Part shown: one piece after another, positions 41,738-52,210 of the stretch
How positions within the stretch are numbered: the stretch's first letter is position 1
Layout: each line of letters begins with the position of its first letter
Assembly: GCA_023391185.1 (NCBI GenBank)
Contig: JAEWBI010000020.1
Location: 5,592-69,591 of the forward strand
From: Bacillota bacterium
GTDB taxonomy: Bacteria; Bacillota_I; Bacilli_A; RF39; UBA660
Reading direction: 5' to 3'
DNA length: 64,000 nucleotides
Position numbers and translations under genes: made by a program
Notes under the pieces: generated by a model
The model's input: only the letters and a program-made list of their open reading frames with translations
Database searches by the model: none
Told to the model about the DNA's origin: nothing

Positions 41738-42640
41738 TTAACACCCACTTGTTTCTTCAACAGAAAATTCTTCAACATTATAATTTTGACTAAAAATTTT
41801 CTTGTAAAACATAAGGCTCTTACTGTCCTTTCCATTTATACTAAATTTAATTTCGTTAATATATCCATTCGAATCACTCATATAAGAACTAAAGCTATTA
41901 ATATCTTCATTTATGGATAATTTATTAGAATCCCAAGTAATTTTAATACATTTTTCACTTTGAAAAGAATTAGATACAACTAATCTGTCATAATTAGTGT
42001 AATTCTTATAATTCAAAGATATTTTCTCAGTTGTTATATCACTTTTATGAAGTATAAAATTACCACTTAATGTTTTACGATATGGTGAATTACTTGTAAG
42101 AGTTATATTGACAACTAAATCAGTTAAGGTATACTCAGGATCAGTTGCAACAATGTCAAAATATAACTTATTCTCTACTGTTTCATTTTTCCACTTATAC
42201 CCTTCTAATTCACATGTTTCCTTATTATAACTACTTACATCAATTCCATCAGTACTATTATTTTCACAATTTTGGATACTAGTAAGTACCCCGTCTTGTA
42301 CATTTGAGTCACTACCATTTAAATTGCATTTTGCTTTAGTAGCAGCTTCACCTTCGATAGTACACGTTGCAGTATAATTAATATCATAGCCTGTTGCGAC
42401 ACTACTATTCAGACTATTTTTAATATTAAAAAATACACTATCACCATTCCAAAGATTATTAACATTTTTTAAAGTAGTATCACCTAAGTTTTCACTGCTC
42501 AGATAAAAACCGTTTGATTCTAAATAATAATTCCATATTGAATTTGATACATATTTTCCATAAGTAAAACTAAGTATACCTATAAAGAAGCTTATTATAA
42601 GTATCATTATTTTAAATTTATGTTTTTTTATTAATTCCAT
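41738..42640 (-). CDS. Secreted Cys-containing hypothetical protein with a SipW-cognate-like signal.
   Basis: A 300-aa protein with an N-terminal TM followed by SFTYGKYVSNS. It is Asn/Ser/Thr-rich and has about 10 Cys. Confidence 0.45.
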   Translation of the reverse strand: MELIKKHKFKIMILIISFFIGILSFTYGKYVSNSIWNYYLESNGFYLSSENLGDTTLKNVNNLWNGDSVFFNIKNSLNSSVATGYDINYTATCTIEGEAATKAKCNLNGSDSNVQDGVLTSIQNCENNSTDGIDVSSYNKETCELEGYKWKNETVENKLYFDIVATDPEYTLTDLVVNITLTSNSPYRKTLSGNFILHKSDITTEKISLNYKNYTNYDRLVVSNSFQSEKCIKITWDSNKLSINEDINSFSSYMSDSNGYINEIKFSINGKDSKSLMFYKKIFSQNYNVEEFSVEETSGC

Positions 42641-42651
42641 ATTTCATCATC

Positions 42652-43203
42652 CTAATCTTTTGTTTTTTGCCAGCTATTAATTTCTATATTAATAAAATCA
42701 ACTAAATCTGCATTTATCTGATCATTATACTCTGATGGAAAACTAACTTTAAGTTTATATTGTTTTGCTTGTGCTGTTTCAAATCCTAGTTCCTGTACTG
42801 GAGAATTACAAACTAATTCGTTTTCTGCATTACGTGAATAATTCTCATCACATGTAAGAACCAATTGCTCTTCTTCAGCATTTAAACTATATAAACTAAT
42901 AATAAGAGGAACTAGATGATATGTCTTAATTATTATTTTATATTCAACTGCTACATTACTTATTTTATCTAAATCATTATTAGTTATGGAAAAATCATAT
43001 TCTTTAGTTTCACCTGGCTTTAAATCAATTATTGATAATTCAAGCTCATCTAAACTTTTTGTATTAAATACAAATTTTGCAATTCCTCTATCTATATTTT
43101 CCATTGTAACATTGGAATTGAAAAATGAATATGTTATTCCACAACCAAATAATATCATTGCAAGCAATAAAACAATTGTTAAAAGTTTATATTTTAGCAC
43201 CAT
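42652..43203 (-). CDS. Small TasA-like secreted protein with a SipW-cognate-like signal.
   Basis: A 183-aa protein with GCGITYSFFNSNVTMENIDRG...LSIIDLKPGETKEYDFSITNN. Compare the TasA segments GGGTWAAFNDIKS and NLSNLKPGDKLTKDFQFENNGS. Confidence 0.55.
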   Translation of the reverse strand: MVLKYKLLTIVLLLAMILFGCGITYSFFNSNVTMENIDRGIAKFVFNTKSLDELELSIIDLKPGETKEYDFSITNNDLDKISNVAVEYKIIIKTYHLVPLIISLYSLNAEEEQLVLTCDENYSRNAENELVCNSPVQELGFETAQAKQYKLKVSFPSEYNDQINADLVDFINIEINSWQKTKD

Positions 43204-43210
43204 ATTTCAC

Positions 43211-46200
43211 CTACTTAACAATAAAATATTTATCTATTGTTCCAATCTTCTTATTTCCATCATATAATTCAAATACGTACTTATACCCAGTATTTTCAAA
43301 ATTACTAGTTATAAGCGTTATGATAAATTGATTATATTGATTTGGATCTGTTGATAAATAATAAACATTATCACTTGCGCTTACTAGCGTATTTGTAACA
43401 TAACTAGCTAAATTTACAATTGAATAGTTTTGATTATACGCTGTTAATAGATCCTTTTTATATAATGAAACTCTTATATTAGGATCAGATAATAGACCGT
43501 TTTGTTCAATATTTAATTCTACATCTACAGTAGTATTTGTTTTACTAATAATTCGGTCTTCACTATTCATGTTTACATCAAAACCATATTCAATATTATT
43601 TAAATTAGTATTTGTTACAGTAACAGGAATAATGATTTCATTAGTATTTATTTCATTTGAATAATAGCCATCAAATGCTACATAGTTAGTAATTTTCAAA
43701 TAATATGTGCCGTAAGCTAAATTACTATTATTATCATAAGTAGTAACCTTTAGTTCTTTAGTGTAATCTTGTAATGCACTACCTAAATTAATTCTAATGA
43801 TATTATCTTTACCTGGATAATAAACGTTTTCTCCAATTTTAAATACCATATTTTTAAGGTACTCGCTACCAAGAGAAGTACCATTTGAATCAACTAATTT
43901 AATAGATAATCCTGTTTCCTTATCTTCATACTTAGTATCAATTATTTTATGAGTATCTAAATATTTATAAACTATATTACTGTTTAATGGAATAGTTGTT
44001 ACAGAATCACTATTAAGAACTATTGGGTTTCCCGTGTATGATGTCGATATATTCAAATAAGCACTTGATGATTGATCATCAATAACTGAATATATATTAA
44101 ACTTACTAATGGTATTATTTAAAGTTGGTCTAACAGTATTACCACTTTGATTATTTAACTGTATCTGCATACTAACATCACTATAATTAACATTTATTTC
44201 AGTATTTGATAGGTCTAAAATAATACTAAAGTTTTCATTAACCTCACTATTATTGGTATAAGTACTCTCACCAAAATATTTAATGGTAGAGCCTGTACCT
44301 ACTTCTTTAAATAAAGTGAATGGATAAGTGGCCTTTTTAATACAATTAGTATCTTCTACTGGACAGCTTTCTTCATACCCATAATTATCTTCACTTGTGT
44401 TGACAACATATTCATAAACATTATTTGTTATGTAATCAATTAAGGTTATCTTTGATCCTAATGGTAAAAGAATATTGGAAACTAAATTATGAGTATGATT
44501 ACTATAATCTAATTCAGTCGTACTTGTATAAGTGAAATTCATCATAATTGATGATTTATCTGTTATATTATTACCATCTTCTATATAACTAGAGCTATTT
44601 CGACCTATTGTAAAACTATTTTGTGAATAACCATCAAATATTAAATAATCAGTACTTAAGTAGCTAGCGTAATTAAAATTATCCATTATTTTAATATAAA
44701 TAATATGAATACCGTTTGTATTAATTAATATATTTTCTTCTGCAGAATAACTTGTCCATTTATCATCAGATAAATTATTTAAATCATTAGTACTTAACAA
44801 TGTATCAGTAATATAATATCCTATACTTGAAATACCTGATATAGTATCACTTTCTGTGACTGTAATTTCTTTTGGCCCATCAATATAAATTTTCTCTGGG
44901 TTACTTTGAAGTTCAGTCCACTGTCTTGTTTCCATATTTATAGTTGCACTTGCTCCAGGTAAATCAAGAATTAATAAATCACTATTTATATAAAATATAT
45001 TGTCATTATAATCTATTACTTTAGCATATATAATATAAAATCCCTCGTCAGATATTTGTACAATGTTTGAATATATATTCCATGTACCAATATTTTTTAT
45101 CTCATTTAAAGTAAGTGGAGTTACAGAATTACTTATATAATAATATATTTCTTTTATAGGTCTTAGTTCATCCGTTTCTTCTATACTAAAAGTAATATTA
45201 GAACTTAACTTAACTTCACTAATTTCAGGACTAAAATTATCCCAAGAATATATATTTGCATGCAAATTTGCGATTGGATTATTAATATCATCAATAAATA
45301 AAATTGGTAATGATTCATCATTATAAACCCATACATCTTCATTATTTATTAGTAAATTATTAAAATCAGTAAATTCATCATAAAATAAATTATTAACCAT
45401 ATTTGTTTTTATTTGTAAATCGGAAACTGTTACAGTATTAAATTGTCCTAATACTATGCCATTATCTTCTTCTATAGCAGAAACTAGGCTAACGTAATAA
45501 GAATTATTTATGTTAACACTAGTATTATTAATAGTTCCTATAGTATAAATATCACTTGTATCAAAAGTTTTATCTATCAATATAGGACTTGTATTATTAG
45601 TTATGGTACCTACTAAACCGCCAATTTTTGTTCCTGTAATTATGCCGTTATTATAGTCTTTTGAGAGAGTAGCACTTGTTGTATTTTTTTCAATTGTTCC
45701 TACTAAGCCACCGCCTATAATATTACTACTTACATTTCCTGTGTTATATGACTGATTAATATGAGCTGTGTTAACCATAGTTCCAATTAAACCACCTGCT
45801 ACACTATAGCCATATATATAGCCTTTATTAACAGTATTTTCAAATGTTGTATTATTTGCTATAGCAGTTATTCCACCAGATACACCGTAATTATAGTTTA
45901 CATTATAACTAATATTTGAAAGAGTTAATGAAGCACCATCTAATGACCTAGTAATTACTGACAAATTATTTAACACAGTAGTTCCAAGATTAATTTCAAA
46001 CGAACCATTTGAAAGAGTTACTCCATTAATACTTATAGATGTTTCATTTTCAGTCGCACCACTAATTGTATAGTTACCAGTAATAGATGTATTTAATATT
46101 TCTCCACCTTCATATGGAATATAATTTGACAAATCTAAATTCGTAATCGTTTCTAATGAACTCATATTAATTTCTACATCCTCTAAATTAGATGTTGATA

Positions 46201-46909
46201 ATTTAGATAAATCACTATTTTTACCTATTACATATCCATTAAATAAGGCGTTTTTTATAGTAGCATTTGTTGAAGTACTTGTGATACCTGCGGTAACCTT
46301 GCCACCATATATTAATGAATTTTCTACATATAAATCCGTAATACTTCCCTGCATATTAGTAAACAAAGCAAGTTCCTCACTTGTTTCACTAGTAATATAA
46401 GAGCCATATATTCTATATGAATTGCCATTAAAATATCCTTTAAAATTATTTAATGAAGGAAATACATTTATACTTCCAGCTTCATTTGTTTTTTCTATGT
46501 CAGAATAATACTTGTTTGTATATTCCTCAACATAATAAGTTGTTCCATTTAAAATATATAAAATACCTTGTTCTTGGTCATATTTAAATACTCCATTATT
46601 TAATACAATGTCATCACTTAAAGAAAAATAAAGACCTTCATAAGTATTATTAGCAAGTTCATTAGAAAAATAAGCAAGCTCTGAACCGTTAGATATTATG
46701 TATGGATCACTAGATGTTCCTATTCCTTTTTTATAACTAGTTGCAACTGTTCCATCCCAAACTAAATTAGTTACTATATTACGATGTTTAAACCTCGCAA
46801 ATGTAGGAATACCAATAGACACAAATAAAATAAGTCCTATAATAAAAGATAAAAAGACTATTTTTTGTGATTTATTTAAGCCACTAACAAATCTTTTTAT
46901 TTGCCTCAT
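43211..46909 (-). CDS. Giant (1232 aa) Asn/Thr/Ser/Gly-rich secreted protein with a SipW-cognate-like N-terminal signal. Probable fibre or adhesin.
   Basis: The signal-anchor is followed by GIPTFARFKHRN. The composition is beta-rich and repetitive (GGLVGTI..., NNTT...), with no LPXTG motif. Confidence 0.5.
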   Translation of the reverse strand: MRQIKRFVSGLNKSQKIVFLSFIIGLILFVSIGIPTFARFKHRNIVTNLVWDGTVATSYKKGIGTSSDPYIISNGSELAYFSNELANNTYEGLYFSLSDDIVLNNGVFKYDQEQGILYILNGTTYYVEEYTNKYYSDIEKTNEAGSINVFPSLNNFKGYFNGNSYRIYGSYITSETSEELALFTNMQGSITDLYVENSLIYGGKVTAGITSTSTNATIKNALFNGYVIGKNSDLSKLSTSNLEDVEINMSSLETITNLDLSNYIPYEGGEILNTSITGNYTISGATENETSISINGVTLSNGSFEINLGTTVLNNLSVITRSLDGASLTLSNISYNVNYNYGVSGGITAIANNTTFENTVNKGYIYGYSVAGGLIGTMVNTAHINQSYNTGNVSSNIIGGGLVGTIEKNTTSATLSKDYNNGIITGTKIGGLVGTITNNTSPILIDKTFDTSDIYTIGTINNTSVNINNSYYVSLVSAIEEDNGIVLGQFNTVTVSDLQIKTNMVNNLFYDEFTDFNNLLINNEDVWVYNDESLPILFIDDINNPIANLHANIYSWDNFSPEISEVKLSSNITFSIEETDELRPIKEIYYYISNSVTPLTLNEIKNIGTWNIYSNIVQISDEGFYIIYAKVIDYNDNIFYINSDLLILDLPGASATINMETRQWTELQSNPEKIYIDGPKEITVTESDTISGISSIGYYITDTLLSTNDLNNLSDDKWTSYSAEENILINTNGIHIIYIKIMDNFNYASYLSTDYLIFDGYSQNSFTIGRNSSSYIEDGNNITDKSSIMMNFTYTSTTELDYSNHTHNLVSNILLPLGSKITLIDYITNNVYEYVVNTSEDNYGYEESCPVEDTNCIKKATYPFTLFKEVGTGSTIKYFGESTYTNNSEVNENFSIILDLSNTEINVNYSDVSMQIQLNNQSGNTVRPTLNNTISKFNIYSVIDDQSSSAYLNISTSYTGNPIVLNSDSVTTIPLNSNIVYKYLDTHKIIDTKYEDKETGLSIKLVDSNGTSLGSEYLKNMVFKIGENVYYPGKDNIIRINLGSALQDYTKELKVTTYDNNSNLAYGTYYLKITNYVAFDGYYSNEINTNEIIIPVTVTNTNLNNIEYGFDVNMNSEDRIISKTNTTVDVELNIEQNGLLSDPNIRVSLYKKDLLTAYNQNYSIVNLASYVTNTLVSASDNVYYLSTDPNQYNQFIITLITSNFENTGYKYVFELYDGNKKIGTIDKYFIVK

Positions 46910-46954
46910 AACATCATTCCTTCTTACACGATTATTTACTTTAGTATACTATAA

Positions 46955-46970
46955 TAGATTATACCATAAT
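46955..46970 (-). promoter_or_regulatory. Extended -10 element (TGgTATAAT) upstream of the giant gene.
   Basis: The reverse complement of 46958-46966 is tggtataat, about 45 nt upstream of the start at 46909. Confidence 0.35.
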
Positions 46971-46999
46971 CTCCCTATTTTTGCTATAATACGCCTTTT

Positions 47000-47032
47000 T
47001 TTTACAAAAAAACTTCTATAAATAGAAGTTTA
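47000..47032 (-). terminator. Rho-independent terminator after gene 47040-48707.
   Basis: Hairpin aacttctaTAAAtagaagtt followed by a T-run on the minus strand. Confidence 0.55.
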
Positions 47033-47039
47033 AATATTT

Positions 47040-48707
47040 TTAACCTTTTTTAATAAGTTTATCTACTTGCGTAATAAACCAAATTTTTTCTATTGTTGTT
47101 TCACTATTTTCAATCTCTTTTATTCTTAAAATAAAATCAATTTTATTAGATAATGTACTTAAGTCATTAGGATTCAAATCATCTTCAGTTATATTTATAT
47201 TGTTAAGTCTATACTTATTAACAATAATTCTTGCGATATTATTATCACTAAAAACACTTAAACTATTAGTAATAACATTAGTTGGATCCTTTGCAAACGA
47301 GTCAAAATCATCACTATGTTTAATTATTTCATCATAATTAGATAGATTAAATACTTTTCTAATAGCTATTTTTTTGAAATAATCAAAACTATAGTATATA
47401 TTTAAAAATTCTGATACTGTAAGTGTTTTACTTAAAATAGAAACAATTTTTTTCTTAAAATATAACTCTTCAGACTCTTTATATAATTGATATAGTTCTT
47501 GTGCTAAATTTATAGAATCAATTTTCATTTGTCTTAATGAAGTTGCAGAAGAAACTGCTTTCCCAGGTATTTTAATACCAAATATTGCTTTGGTATCATT
47601 TCCCATAATAGATTTATTAATTTTTTCCAATTTTGCTTCTTTCTCTGCAATATGCTCTTCAATACTTTTACTATTAGTATTTCCAGAACTACTTCCCTTT
47701 GTAGTTGAAGTAACTTCTGGCACTATAGATTTTTCGAATTCTAATTTAAAATTATTTATTAACGGAGTGCAATCTACATAGTTTTTATACTCATTAATAT
47801 TTCTTCGTAATTTTTCTAAATTATCATAGAATTTCTTTGAAGAGTTTTCATCTTCCATATCGAATTTATCAATCATCATATTGTTATAAATAGAAATTCT
47901 AGTTTTGTTATTAGGAAAAAAAGTATTAATATCAACTGCGCCTGACTTAGCAAGATCAACTATATCATTAATTGTTTCTCTATTATCATTTTTGATTTTA
48001 TTGTATGCAACTTTTAGCTTATCAATACAATCTGAGTAACTAGTAACATGATTTTTTTCTTTGATCTTATTTTGAAGATCTGTTATATATGAATTGAAAG
48101 CTTTTTCATTTTTTTTAATTAATTTTCTGAAATTTAATTCAATATGATTAATTATATCAGGATTAACCCAATATATTTTTTCAAAAATATCAGCAATCTT
48201 GTCGTAATTACTACTTCCTTCATTTCTAATTTCTAAAAATGCCGTCATATATTCATTAACATAGCAAGTATAGGTAAAATCTTTCTTGCTAAGTTTTATA
48301 CCAGCTAACTCAAATTTTTCTAAAAATTGACTTATAAATTCATTTACAGAATTGAAATTCAAATCATTATAATTACCTATTTGATATAACAATTCATCTA
48401 ATTTCATCTTTTCTAAAAAAGTATTTGTTGGATTTAATATAAATCTAACTTCCTCTAATACATCTATTTTGTTTTCTAATTCCTCTTTTGAGTTTTCAAC
48501 TTCTTTAATATTAAAACTTCTACTTTTTGCTTCTATATATTTTTTCACACTAGTTTTATAGTCAATATATTTTTCCGAAATAGAATCTATTTTCTCGTTA
48601 AACTTCTTAATATCTCTCTTTGTTTTAGTTGGCAAAGTGGAAATCAATATTTTTTTAGCTTCAATGTCTTCTTCAATAAAATTTAAAAAATTACTCATCT
48701 TTACCAC
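47040..48707 (-). CDS. Hypothetical cytoplasmic coiled-coil-rich protein, last gene of the paralog operon.
   Basis: A 555-aa protein with no TM or signal. There is a 17-nt overlap with the upstream small ORF. Confidence 0.45.
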   Translation of the reverse strand: MVKMSNFLNFIEEDIEAKKILISTLPTKTKRDIKKFNEKIDSISEKYIDYKTSVKKYIEAKSRSFNIKEVENSKEELENKIDVLEEVRFILNPTNTFLEKMKLDELLYQIGNYNDLNFNSVNEFISQFLEKFELAGIKLSKKDFTYTCYVNEYMTAFLEIRNEGSSNYDKIADIFEKIYWVNPDIINHIELNFRKLIKKNEKAFNSYITDLQNKIKEKNHVTSYSDCIDKLKVAYNKIKNDNRETINDIVDLAKSGAVDINTFFPNNKTRISIYNNMMIDKFDMEDENSSKKFYDNLEKLRRNINEYKNYVDCTPLINNFKLEFEKSIVPEVTSTTKGSSSGNTNSKSIEEHIAEKEAKLEKINKSIMGNDTKAIFGIKIPGKAVSSATSLRQMKIDSINLAQELYQLYKESEELYFKKKIVSILSKTLTVSEFLNIYYSFDYFKKIAIRKVFNLSNYDEIIKHSDDFDSFAKDPTNVITNSLSVFSDNNIARIIVNKYRLNNINITEDDLNPNDLSTLSNKIDFILRIKEIENSETTIEKIWFITQVDKLIKKG

Positions 48708-48873
48708 CCACCTTTTCTTCCTCTATTACAATTTTTGCTTCTTCTAAAAATTGCGTGAAGTCTATAATATCTTCATAAACTTTTACTAATTCTTCTAAAG
48801 TAAGAGTTGATAAATCAAAATTAACTGTTTTTTCTTCTTTCTTCATAATATCACCCTTTTTCTTCTTATTCAT
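48691..48873 (-). CDS. Small acidic hypothetical protein (60 aa), translationally coupled on both sides.
   Basis: It overlaps the upstream paralog by 8 nt and the downstream gene by 17 nt. It may not be a real gene. Confidence 0.3.
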   Translation of the reverse strand: MNKKKKGDIMKKEEKTVNFDLSTLTLEELVKVYEDIIDFTQFLEEAKIVIEEEKVGGKDE

Positions 48874-50029
48874 AGCCAGCTAAATCTTTAATAAAGTTGA
48901 TTGAAATTAATATTTCAGCACCCTTTGAATTGACCTCTAGACTATCTAGATCTTGTCCTTCAATCCATACATATACTCTAAGTTTTGTTATTCCATCGGG
49001 TAATGAAAATATTGATTTTTCAAAATCTTTAATAGTATTTTGCAATGAAAAATGTGCAGTATCAAGAGGGATTCCTGACCCCTCTTGTCCATTAATGAAT
49101 TCAAGTTTTTTTCCTTCCGAAATTATTGCGTAAGTTGGAAAAAATGTACCATCATTTAGTTCTAATTTATAATCTTCTTTTATTCTTTCAAAAGAAGTCT
49201 CGGAATGTTTGTCACTATTTGGTTCATAAATTGACATTTGACAATCATTATTACACTCTATATTTTGAATTGTATTAACATCAGCTTTATTTGAAACAGT
49301 TCCAACTTTTACAAATCCAAAACGCATAGAATTCATTATGCCAGATAATTCTTCTGCTACATCTTCAGGGGTATCTTCGTCTAAGTCTACTTTTGTTTCA
49401 TCTAAATATAAATTATCAGGAATTGGAGAACCACTTACATTCTTTAGAAAAACATCAAATGCAATATAAGAATTCGCACTATTTGGTTTATCTTCTTTTA
49501 GTTTTATCGTACTCAGTGTTTTTCTTCCTGTAAGCTTACTTTTTAAACGGCTAACTTGTCCTTGATAGACACTAAATTTATCATCATTATTGCTGGCTAT
49601 TCCATTACTAGATACCGGCCATAAACCAGAACTAGCCCACTGATTAGTATTATTCGGATATACAGCCTCTAAGTCGTTTATTACAGAATCCAATGATATA
49701 ACTATATCTTCTGTGAATTTAACTCCATCTAATGAAATAAATAAACCACTATCACTAGAAACAACAACATTTAGAGACTTAACTTTAACATTAACGTTAA
49801 CAGATAGCCATGCATATGTTGAAACTGTAAAAACTATGCCACTAAAGAATGTAACTAAAACTAAAATTCTCGAACTTATTTTTTTTGATTTTTCTTTATT
49901 TTGTGTGTTTTCTTTAGTTTTTTTATTGCTAACTACTTTTTTTCTATTGGTGCTTGATTTTTTCTTAACGTTGGTTTTAATCTTTTTTTTATCGTTTTTT
50001 TCTTTCACAAGCCACCTCCTAAAACCCAA
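48866..50029 (-). CDS. Secreted paralog E of the STYAW(F/L) SipW-cognate-signal family (divergent, Lys-rich N-terminal tail).
   Basis: A 387-aa protein with ...FTVSTYAWLSVNVNVKVKSL.VVVSSDSGLFISLDG... and C-terminal motif LRVYVWIEGQDLDSLEV. Confidence 0.5.
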   Translation of the reverse strand: MGFRRWLVKEKNDKKKIKTNVKKKSSTNRKKVVSNKKTKENTQNKEKSKKISSRILVLVTFFSGIVFTVSTYAWLSVNVNVKVKSLNVVVSSDSGLFISLDGVKFTEDIVISLDSVINDLEAVYPNNTNQWASSGLWPVSSNGIASNNDDKFSVYQGQVSRLKSKLTGRKTLSTIKLKEDKPNSANSYIAFDVFLKNVSGSPIPDNLYLDETKVDLDEDTPEDVAEELSGIMNSMRFGFVKVGTVSNKADVNTIQNIECNNDCQMSIYEPNSDKHSETSFERIKEDYKLELNDGTFFPTYAIISEGKKLEFINGQEGSGIPLDTAHFSLQNTIKDFEKSIFSLPDGITKLRVYVWIEGQDLDSLEVNSKGAEILISINFIKDLAGYE

Positions 50030-50045
50030 TTACTATTTGTTATAA

Positions 50046-51299
50046 TTATCTTCCCATAGCTTCATCTAAAGATGGTCCATCATAATCAATATCTTCTGGA
50101 TCAAATCTTTCTTTAGTGAATCCAAATTTAACAGCTATTTTTTTACCTACACTAGCAAAATCATAATTATCTATGTCTTGCCCTTCAATATAAACATATA
50201 TTCTTAATTTAGTAATACTATTTGGAGATAGCGTCATAAATGTTGGTCTATCTACACCATCTAATAGTTTCATAGTATCTGTAAAATAATCAACTTTTTT
50301 TACTTTGCTATTTGTAGCCCAAGTATTAAATTCAGCTCCATCATATATATCAACTCTATCAGAAGATAAAATACCATCATTAATTGCATAAGTTGGATAT
50401 GGAACACCATCAGTTAGTGTTTGACAGCTTCCTTCATAAGAATTAGATTTAGTTAAATCAGCATTAATACGTTTTTTACATGAAGCATTATACCATTTAA
50501 TTGCATTACTTACGTGCTTAGTATCGTTTGGTTCCCATATTTTATCAGTTCTACATATACCTGTTACATCTGTAGTAGTGTTGCAAGTTATACCAGTAAT
50601 TGTTGATACTACTTTGGTACTGGAATTAACACGACCAATTTGAGCAAAAGCTACTCTTACTGAATTTTCTATACCGCTGTCTAAAACGCCTTTTTCATAT
50701 CCTTCCGGAAGATTTTCATCAAGTATAGGCGTACCATCAGCATTATAGCCAGCTACTGTTACTTCTGAATCTTCTGTTAAATAAACAGCTTCTTCATCTA
50801 GGGAGTTTTGATCCTTAATATATTGACTACCTGATGAGTTTTTTACAAATAAATCAAATGCAACATAACCATCTGCTTCAGTTGTATCATTACTAACTAG
50901 ATTAGACATTATTCTATACCCACCAGAAGTTGCAGTTAAACTTGTTTTTTCATACATTTTAAGCCTAGAAGTACTAGTGTTTAACTCTCCAGTAGTGGAC
51001 ATAGGTATAAGACCTGCACCACCCCAACTATTAGTATTTCCGGCATAAGTTGTAGCATAATTAGCTTTTGAAATGTTTACTGTCTCACTCCAGTTTTCAC
51101 CATCCAATGATAGTAATAAACTGTCAGTCGAAGCTATTTCAACATCAAAACTAGATACATATACAGTTCTCATTCCAACAAACCATGCATATGTAGAAAT
51201 AGATAATAATACTGCTGATAAAGCCATTATTATAATAAAACTTTTTGAACGCTTAACTCTATTAATAATTAAGCTTTTTTTTGACTTTTTTTTCTTCAT
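50046..51299 (-). CDS. Secreted paralog D of the STYAWF SipW-cognate-signal family.
   Basis: A 417-aa protein. A basic N-terminus, TM and ISTYAWFVGMRTVYVSSFDVEI are present. It carries the conserved motifs ENSVRVAFAQIGRV, ICRTDKIWEPNDTKH, YPTYAI and LRIYVYIEGQDIDNYDFASVGKKIAVKFGFTKERF. Confidence 0.6.
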   Translation of the reverse strand: MKKKKSKKSLIINRVKRSKSFIIIMALSAVLLSISTYAWFVGMRTVYVSSFDVEIASTDSLLLSLDGENWSETVNISKANYATTYAGNTNSWGGAGLIPMSTTGELNTSTSRLKMYEKTSLTATSGGYRIMSNLVSNDTTEADGYVAFDLFVKNSSGSQYIKDQNSLDEEAVYLTEDSEVTVAGYNADGTPILDENLPEGYEKGVLDSGIENSVRVAFAQIGRVNSSTKVVSTITGITCNTTTDVTGICRTDKIWEPNDTKHVSNAIKWYNASCKKRINADLTKSNSYEGSCQTLTDGVPYPTYAINDGILSSDRVDIYDGAEFNTWATNSKVKKVDYFTDTMKLLDGVDRPTFMTLSPNSITKLRIYVYIEGQDIDNYDFASVGKKIAVKFGFTKERFDPEDIDYDGPSLDEAMGR

Positions 51300-51313
51300 A
51301 AAATGTGTTCTCC

Positions 51314-52009
51314 CTACTTATTAGTTATTTGTGAATTAAATTCCATATGCATTGTGATTTCTCCACCCAAGATGTTATCAGTACATTCCATATCATTTCC
51401 CTCTAACCACACTACAATTGTATATTTATTAATATCTCCTGGTTTAAAATTTTCAACATGCTCTTGCATAATTAGTTCATCGCTTTTAAATGCAACAGTT
51501 CCCTTTTCGGGATTAATACCATCATTTGATACTTTAGCATAAGTAGTATAACTACCATTTCTATATAGACGAATTCTAACTACATTATCAAGTCCTTTAA
51601 TAGCATCATCAATAAACATTTCTGACCAATAATCTGTTATATCTACACCTGTATTTTCAATATAAAATGTATATGCCATATAATTATCGCCATTATGCTC
51701 ACCATCATATGCATCTAAATCTGCTGGAAGCCATTTTTCAGCCATATTATCAAAATAAGGTAATGTTTTCATGAATAATTCTGATCTATAAACTTTATAA
51801 TTAGGATCATCATACACTATTAAACTTCTTTGAGTGTATAAGTTTTTATCTAGTGTAATTGTAAAATTACCATTACTATAAATTAAACTAACGACTACAT
51901 AAGAAATAAGCAACATTAAAAACAAAAATAAAATACTTAATTTTAATAATCTTCTTACTTTCTTCTTTGATTTACGTTTTTCAACATTATTCTTTATTTT
52001 CACTTCCAT
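51314..52009 (-). CDS. Divergent, short paralog F (membrane-anchored; lacks the STYAWF motif but retains the C-terminal ...VVWLEGNDMEC... motif).
   Basis: A 231-aa protein. The N-terminal TM is LLKLSILFLFLMLLISYVVV. The segments VRIRLY and YTIVVWLEGNDMECTDN align with LR(V/I)YVYIEGQD(I/V)DNYD of the other paralogs. Confidence 0.45.
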   Translation of the reverse strand: MEVKIKNNVEKRKSKKKVRRLLKLSILFLFLMLLISYVVVSLIYSNGNFTITLDKNLYTQRSLIVYDDPNYKVYRSELFMKTLPYFDNMAEKWLPADLDAYDGEHNGDNYMAYTFYIENTGVDITDYWSEMFIDDAIKGLDNVVRIRLYRNGSYTTYAKVSNDGINPEKGTVAFKSDELIMQEHVENFKPGDINKYTIVVWLEGNDMECTDNILGGEITMHMEFNSQITNK

Positions 52010-52074
52010 ATTACCATACCTTTTTTTCTAGGTGTCTATAGACTAACCAACAAAATACAATCCCGTATTATACA

Positions 52075-52110
52075 ATTATAATTGTACCATAATACGACAA
52101 AATGTCAATA
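52075..52110 (-). promoter_or_regulatory. SigmaA-type promoter (TTGACA-N16-TGgTACAAT) for the F-D-E-60aa-555aa operon.
   Basis: The reverse complement of 52081-52108 is ttgacattttgtcgtattatggtacaat. The same box architecture recurs upstream of paralogs C and A. Confidence 0.5.
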
Positions 52111-52176
52111 CAAACGCCATACTTTGCGCACACTATAATTACTATAATTTAATAAATTAAAAAGTGACTTTTAACT

Positions 52177-52206
52177 AAAAAAAAGAGTTGTTTTACTCTT
52201 TTTTAG
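52177..52206 (-). terminator. Rho-independent terminator after paralog C.
   Basis: Hairpin aaaagagtTGTTTTactctttt followed by T8 on the minus strand. Confidence 0.6.
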
Positions 52207-52210
52207 TTAC

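Noticed and set aside
46981-46990. Plus-strand extended -10 (tTGcTATAAT) in the intergenic region upstream of 47040.
   Set aside because: There is no plus-strand gene downstream (the next gene is minus). It is probably fortuitous in AT-rich DNA.
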